Shown here in pieces: positions 58,523 to 64,000 of a stretch of DNA of 64,000 nt. Position 1 is the stretch's first letter. Each line of letters begins with the position of its first letter. The DNA lies in assembly GCA_918797485.1 (NCBI GenBank), contig CAKKNE010000004.1, forward strand, positions 4,154,001 through 4,218,000. Direction: 5' to 3'. Under the pieces are notes generated by a model that worked only from the letters and a program-made list of their open reading frames with translations, did no database searches and was not told where the DNA came from. The position numbers and the translations under genes were made by a program. This stretch comes from Pelagomonas calceolata (lineage: Eukaryota).

Positions 58523-59803
58523 CTAATCGGCTTCAGGAACGAGTTCGAACCCGCGCCGACGCGTCGCCCGCTTCGCCTCCTGCGCCTTGGCGACGGCGTC
58601 GAGGAGGTGTTCTGTGGTGACGGCGTCGGCGCTGCCGCGCACGGCCAGCAGCGCGCCCTCATTCACCACATTCGCGAGGTCCGCGCCCGAGAAGCCGTCC
58701 GCGCGCGCCGCGACGCGGTCCAGAGAAACGCCGGGCGCGAGGCGCACGCGCGCGGCGTGCACTTTCAATATCTCCCGCCGCCCGGCTTCGTCGGGCAGCG
58801 GCACGACGACGCAGCGGTCGAGGCGACCCGGCCGCACGAGCGCATCATCCAAGATCTCGGGCCGGTTCGTCGCCGCGAGGAGCACGACGAGCGGCGCGGC
58901 CGCGGCGTCGTCGTCCTTCGCCTCGAAGCCGTCGAGCTCGCAGAGGATCTGGTTCAGTGTCTGCTCGCGCTCGTCGTTGTGCGAGAGCATGCCGCGCGCC
59001 TTGGCGATGGCGTCGATCTCGTCGATGAACACGACGCACGGCGCGAGCGACCGCGCCTTCGCGAACAGGTTGCGGACGCGCGCCGAGCCCCGCCCTACAA
59101 ACAACTCGACGAAGGCCGAGCCCGAGCACGACAGGAACTCGCAGTCGGCCTCCTCGGCGACGCAGCGCGCGAGCAGCGTCTTGCCCGTGCCCGACGGCCC
59201 CGTTAATAAAATGCCGCGCGGGCACCGCGCGCCGATGCGCGCGAAGGCCGCCGGGTCCCGCAGACAGGCCACGACCTCCCGCAGCTCGCGCAGGGCCTTG
59301 TCGACGCCCGCGACGCCCGCGAAGCCCCGCTTCCGCTGCTTCTTCCGCTCGTACTGGTTCGCGACAGATTCGTCCTGGTGCGGGCCCCGCGAGGCCTTCA
59401 TGAGGATCCGGTAGGCAAAATACAAATAGGCGACCGGCGCGAGCACCGCGAACAAGCCCTTGGCGACCGCGCGGCGCTTCTCGTCGCGCGTCAGCTCCGG
59501 CACCGTCAGCGCGCCGAACCGGACGCCGTGTTCCCGCAGACGCGTCGCGAGCCAGTCCGTGCCCAGCCACGGGACGTGCTTGGCGTCGTAGCTGCGGCCG
59601 CTCTTCAGCGTGATCTCGCAGCGGTCCGCGCCGACGCGGACCGCTTGCACTTTTCCGGCGGCGGCGTCGTCGAGGATTTTCGAGAAGGGCTCTTCCTTTC
59701 GCTCTTCGCAGCGTGCGAGCGGTGCTGCGAGAGCGGCCAGCCCGCCCAGGGCGTAGCGGGTGCAGCGGCGCACGAGGCGGCTGAAGGTGGCGGTGGTGGC
59801 CAT
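58523..59803 (-). CDS. FtsH-like AAA+ ATPase lacking the M41 protease domain
   Basis: TM segment, [71 protein letters not shown]; stop soon after the lid, no HExxH. Confidence 0.88.
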   Translation of the reverse strand: MATTATFSRLVRRCTRYALGGLAALAAPLARCEERKEEPFSKILDDAAAGKVQAVRVGADRCEITLKSGRSYDAKHVPWLGTDWLATRLREHGVRFGALTVPELTRDEKRRAVAKGLFAVLAPVAYLYFAYRILMKASRGPHQDESVANQYERKKQRKRGFAGVAGVDKALRELREVVACLRDPAAFARIGARCPRGILLTGPSGTGKTLLARCVAEEADCEFLSCSGSAFVELFVGRGSARVRNLFAKARSLAPCVVFIDEIDAIAKARGMLSHNDEREQTLNQILCELDGFEAKDDDAAAAPLVVLLAATNRPEILDDALVRPGRLDRCVVVPLPDEAGRREILKVHAARVRLAPGVSLDRVAARADGFSGADLANVVNEGALLAVRGSADAVTTEHLLDAVAKAQEAKRATRRRGFELVPEAD

Positions 59804-59895
59804 GGCCACCAGTCAAAGAGATGTAATCAGAGTAATATTTATGACGCGTTCCTGTGATTAAGGCAGTTACGCCGCCACTGCAAAGCACGCTGTTT

Positions 59896-59920
59896 CCTAG
59901 TGTCTTTAACCCCCGCTAGG
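59896..59920 (-). promoter_or_regulatory. Recurrent CTAG-N15-CTAG motif
   Basis: Reverse complement reads cctagcgggggttaaagacactagg. Confidence 0.55.
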
Positions 59921-60144
59921 TGTCGGAGAGCGCGACTTTGTGGGCGCCATACGTGTCCCGCAGCGTGTTTGCTGGGGCTACAACGCTGTCACGCGCTTGA
60001 AGCGAGTCCGCGCAGCCGGTCGCCTACCATATAAGCCAGATCATTGCCGGCGCTGCGAGTTCCAGCAAGGGTCAGCTAAACAGACCACAGAGTTTCGCGA
60101 CACGCGCGCGGTATAGAAAGACCCGAAGAGGCGCTAGAGAACTC

Positions 60145-61010
60145 ATGGAGCACAAGATCGTCATCTCCGGCGAGGGCTCGGCCCACCCGAAGCTCGGCGT
60201 CAAGAAGAAGAACAGCGTCGAAGAGAATTTGAAGATCCTGAACGACATGATCGAGTCCGGCAAGCTCTCGCTCGACCACGCCATCGCGAAGACGCGGCCG
60301 GGCGGCACGCTCCGCGGCATCTTCAAGTGCAGCGAGGACGACGAGATGTTGTCGCACGTTGAGGCTTTGTATGACTTCGTCGTCGCGTACAAGAAGCGCC
60401 TCGTGCCGGACTACGACCCGTCCGCGCCCGTGAAGAAGGTCCAGAAGGACGTCGATCCGGAAAAGTTGGCGCGGCGTCCACATGACTTCACGTCGCGATC
60501 GCCGCGATGGCGTCTGCGCGACGACGTCTGCGCGACGTCTCGCTGACGCGCAGGTTCGCGCCGAAGGTCGAGCAGGCAAAGAGCTCCCGCGCGACGTGCA
60601 AGATGACGGGCGAGAAGATCGACGCGGGCGAGCTGCGCGTGGGGCTGCCCGTCTTCTGCAGAGGGCAACAAGTCACGGCGTGGCAGAAGGCCGCGCACTT
60701 CTCCAAGGCGCTGCGCTTCGAAACCGCGCCGGACAACCGCTCCAAATGTAAAGCCTCGAAGGAAAAGATCACAAAGGGCGAGATTCGCCTCTGCGCGCGC
60801 GTCGGCACGTTCGCCCAGCTCGAGGCGAACGACGAGATCAACAAGATGTTCTACAACCCCATGGCGATCCGGCCCTTCTGGAAGGCGTTCCACGAGGCGA
60901 CGGGCGTGCACCCGTCCTCGATCGAGGGCGCCGAGTTGCTCGACGAGGCCTACCACAAGGCGTTATTGGACGCGAACGAGGACGAGCGCTACGAGGAGGC
61001 GGACTGCTAG
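60145..61010 (+). CDS. Protein with two PARP-type zinc-finger-like repeats; predicted GC-AG intron 60474-60553
   Basis: VEQAKSSRATCKMTGEKIDAGELRVG and ETAPDNRSKCKASKEKITKGEIRL. The two ORFs join in frame via cg|GCGTCC...CTGACGCGCAG|g. Confidence 0.7.
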
Positions 61011-61138
61011 AGACGCACCGCGCGCCTAAGAGTACTGTGTTCAAATAGCACACAATCTTTACATGCTGAGCCGCGCCCGCACCAACCGCGGCGGCGTCGT
61101 CGGGACGCCTCCGCGCAGCAGCTAAGGCCACGAAGGAA

Positions 61139-64000
61139 CTACTTCGCCGCGAGCGCCAACCGATCCAGCCGCGCCTTGAGCGCCCGGATCTCCTGCTTCG
61201 CCCGCATGAGCTCCGCGGCCTCGGGCCGCGCGAGCGCCGCCCCCAGCTCCACGTCGCGGCACCGCGCCGCGAAGGCGAGCGAGCAGATCGTCTCGGACGC
61301 GTCCGCTTCCAGCGGCGAGATGTTCACGACCATGAGCACCCGGGCGGCTCGTGATAAAGAGTCCTGCAGTAGGTAGGTGAGCTTCGAATTGCGGTAGGGC
61401 ACGTGACATTGCGTCTTCTTGGCTAGAGCATTGACGACGTCTCCGAGCGACGACAGCGACTTGTTGATCGACTGGGCCTCCTTCAACCGATCCCCCGTGG
61501 CGCCCGTCCTTGATAAACGTTCCGACCCGGCCAAATCCACGAGATTCAATCTCGAGGAAAGGACCTCGCCTTGCCTCTTGCACTCGACGTCCAGACTTAA
61601 AATGAGGTGGGATCTTGATGATCGATCGTTGAGGTCGTGGGCGCCCGTCTGTCTTCTTTTGGAACCGCTCTCGACGTGGCGCTGCACTTCTTCGAGAGAC
61701 GCGACGGATACCCGATGAAGCCCTTGCACTTCATGAGTACCATCTGAACACCTCTTGACTTCCAGCTTCATGCGCTTGTCCGTCAGTAAATCTATCAGCG
61801 TTTCATTATATATTTCCAGCATACTGAGCTTCACGCATAATTCCATATCTGCAGGCTTCCCATGAAATAACTCGGAAAGCGCGCGAAAGTACACGCCTCG
61901 GTCCGACGGAGGCCCCTCCATCGTATGCGTCTTCCCACTCCCCGTCTGGCCATAGGCGAAGATGCACGCGTGGACCCCATCAAAACAGCCCTGGATCACG
62001 GGAGCGACATGATCAAAGATGTCCGATTGCGTCGAACCAGGCCTAAACACGCGATCGAACTCGAAGCGCTGCGTCAGGCCGTGGTCGTTGACGACCTCTA
62101 ACGCGCCGTCAGCCCCGCTCGGGAACTCTACGACCGAACTGCCATCATCATTCGGGGGCCGGCACCGCGCGACGACCCTGATGTTGCCCTTGAGCTCCGC
62201 GAGTTCGTCCGTGAGCTTCCGCCTCAACTTCCTTTCATTCATGTACCTTTCTCTAAAGTCCTTGGCCCTGGCCCTGGCCTCGTTCAGCTCTTCTCGACTC
62301 GGCCCGACCTCGCCCAGCTTCGTTCGCAGAGCCTCCGAGTCCGCCAGCGCGATTTTCAGCTCGGCCTCGGCCTTCATCTGCTCCTTGTCGAGCTCGCTTT
62401 GCGCGTCGCCCCTACTTTTCTCGAGCTCCGCCACCGCCGTCTGCTTGGCCGCCTCGGCCTGCTCGAGTCTCAATTGTAATGCTTCCACCGCTTCATTCAG
62501 CTCTTGACTACGTTTGGAAGACACGTCCCGGCTCTCGGCTCGCGCTTCATGTAACTCGCCCCTTAACCTTTCCTCCGTCCGCTCGTTCACGCTCCTTAAC
62601 CTCTCCAGATCCGCCTCCGATTGGTCGAGTCTGGACCTAAGATGTTCAATTTCCACCTCGTGCTCTCTACACTGCCGTTCATAGTCATCTCTCAAAGTTT
62701 CCGCCTGGATGCGTAGATTATTAGCCTCGTCGACGTCGTTCCGTAGCGTGCCTTCGTCGCGGATTCTTTTTTCCGCGTCCCGCTCGACGCGCGCCGTCGC
62801 CTCGTCAAGCTGCTTCGTGAGCTCCAAACCCTTCCGTTCCAAAGTCTCAACCTCGTCTTCCAGCGTCTTGTTGCGCGCCGTCGCAGTCGACAGCTGCGCA
62901 TCTAATTTAGCGACGTGGGCTTCACTGGAAGCAACTTGCGTCAGCGAGGCCTTGGCGGCCTCCTCGTTTCTATCGCGTTGATCTTCTAATCGTTTGCGCA
63001 GCTCAGACACCTCAAGGAGCGCGTCCTCGCGCTGCTTCGACGCTCGCTCCGCGTCGTGCCGCGCGGACATGACCTCGGCCTCGGCCACGGACCTCGCGCT
63101 GAGGACATCCGCCTCCATGCGTTGCAACGCGTGGCGGTCGACCTCGCTCTGTTGTAATGATACGCGCCAGAGCCGCGCGCAGGCGGCGAAGGCCGTCAGG
63201 TCCGCTACACAACGTTCGTCCGCGTCCCTCCTCCACAGTTTCATTTGGTCGTCTTTGGCGTCCAGCCGTTGGTCGAGCCGCCGATTCTCCTCTATCAGTG
63301 AATCGCACTTCTCCCGTAACGCATCGGCGTCCCTTCTAGCTTCCTGCTCCGACCGCGCCGCTTCACTCGCGTGGAACTCTGCTCTTTCACAACGCGTGCG
63401 CGACGCGTCGACGAACCGCGCGTTCGCCTCGCGCACGCTCTCCAGTTCCTGTCTTAATTTACGGGCGTCGGCCGCGCCCTTCTCCTCGGCCTCGGCCTCG
63501 GCGGCGTCGCGGCTCAGCGAGATGGCCTGGACGTCCGCTCTCCTGGCATCCGCCGCCGCCTCCGCGGCGGCGGCCTGGGCCCGCGCCGCATCCCGCGCCG
63601 ACCGTAGGTCGTCCTCCCGCTTCAAGGCTTCGTCAGCTCTCGCTGCTTCGCGGGCCCGCGCCGCGTCGAGCTCCTCCGCTCGCTTCTCCAGTCGCTTCAG
63701 CCGCGCATCGTCCTGTCCAGGCCGCTCCTCGAGCCGTCTTAGTTGATTTTTGAGCGCCGTGCACCGCTGCTCCGCCTCGAAGGCCTCGGCCCGGGCTTCG
63801 TCCACATCTCGGCGCCGCCGACGCGCCTCGTCGGCCTTCTCCGCGATCAGCGCGTCGCAGCGACCCTCGGCGTCCAACAACCGCTGGTGCTGCGTCCGCG
63901 TCTCCTCGACGCGATCCGAGAGTGAGGCCTTGGCGGCGTCCCTTTCAGTTTTTGACAAAGAGAGGGCGCTCTCGAGCGACGCGATCCTATCCAACGCTTC
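61139..64000 (-). CDS. Kinesin-14 (C-terminal motor) with long coiled coil; 5' end outside the window
   Basis: LAELKGNIRVVARCRP, FAYGQTGSGKTHTM, LEIYNE, NDRSSRSH, LVDLAGSER, INKSLSSL, HVPYRNSKLTYLLQDSL. Confidence 0.96.
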   Translation of the reverse strand, partial: EALDRIASLESALSLSKTERDAAKASLSDRVEETRTQHQRLLDAEGRCDALIAEKADEARRRRRDVDEARAEAFEAEQRCTALKNQLRRLEERPGQDDARLKRLEKRAEELDAARAREAARADEALKREDDLRSARDAARAQAAAAEAAADARRADVQAISLSRDAAEAEAEEKGAADARKLRQELESVREANARFVDASRTRCERAEFHASEAARSEQEARRDADALREKCDSLIEENRRLDQRLDAKDDQMKLWRRDADERCVADLTAFAACARLWRVSLQQSEVDRHALQRMEADVLSARSVAEAEVMSARHDAERASKQREDALLEVSELRKRLEDQRDRNEEAAKASLTQVASSEAHVAKLDAQLSTATARNKTLEDEVETLERKGLELTKQLDEATARVERDAEKRIRDEGTLRNDVDEANNLRIQAETLRDDYERQCREHEVEIEHLRSRLDQSEADLERLRSVNERTEERLRGELHEARAESRDVSSKRSQELNEAVEALQLRLEQAEAAKQTAVAELEKSRGDAQSELDKEQMKAEAELKIALADSEALRTKLGEVGPSREELNEARARAKDFRERYMNERKLRRKLTDELAELKGNIRVVARCRPPNDDGSSVVEFPSGADGALEVVNDHGLTQRFEFDRVFRPGSTQSDIFDHVAPVIQGCFDGVHACIFAYGQTGSGKTHTMEGPPSDRGVYFRALSELFHGKPADMELCVKLSMLEIYNETLIDLLTDKRMKLEVKRCSDGTHEVQGLHRVSVASLEEVQRHVESGSKRRQTGAHDLNDRSSRSHLILSLDVECKRQGEVLSSRLNLVDLAGSERLSRTGATGDRLKEAQSINKSLSSLGDVVNALAKKTQCHVPYRNSKLTYLLQDSLSRAARVLMVVNISPLEADASETICSLAFAARCRDVELGAALARPEAAELMRAKQEIRALKARLDRLALAAK

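Noticed and set aside
629..59920. CTAG motif or the 49.3 kb repeats as a CRISPR array
   Set aside because: The CTAG copies are dispersed kilobases apart in both orientations, the 49.3 kb repeats have irregular and partly homologous spacers, there are no cas genes and the context is eukaryotic.

Overview
GC-rich, very gene-dense, intron-poor eukaryotic nuclear DNA. It is most consistent with a stramenopile alga, probably a pelagophyte (Pelagomonas/Aureococcus-like). This is an inference from the bipartite signal+ASAFAP-type plastid presequence on IF-1, the TIR-bearing introner-type introns and the compact layout. About 38 protein-coding genes are supported, mostly as divergent or convergent pairs. 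Recognisable ones are Rab11, plastid IF-1, SAICAR synthase, spermidine synthase, PTEN-like phosphatase, RP2/TBCC protein, BRF1, CDK11-like kinase, sterol C24-methyltransferase, YaaA, an FtsH-like ATPase, kinesin-14 and several glycan-modifying enzymes. No rRNA, tRNA or CRISPR array was seen. Notable unexplained structure: (1) a 22-25 bp bipartite motif, GCTAGCGGCCTGTAAGACACTAGC (CTAG-N12-15-CTAG), occurs once, in either orientation, in most 5' intergenic regions and was not seen as a full copy between convergent 3' ends; (2) two introns are built from the same terminal inverted repeat CCTGTGTGG...CCACACAGG; (3) a TGATG stop/start overlap suggests a bicistronic locus; (4) a ~4 kb segment carrying an orphan 1085-aa ORF is bracketed by a duplicated promoter/leader that abuts a truncated PC-esterase fragment; (5) a TagD-like cytidylyltransferase is fused to a CDP-alcohol phosphotransferase, with three hairpin repeats upstream; (6) a 2006-aa Rav1/DmX-like protein carries SH2-, DEP- and C2-like domains. 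All protein calls come from motif recognition by eye, not from database searches.
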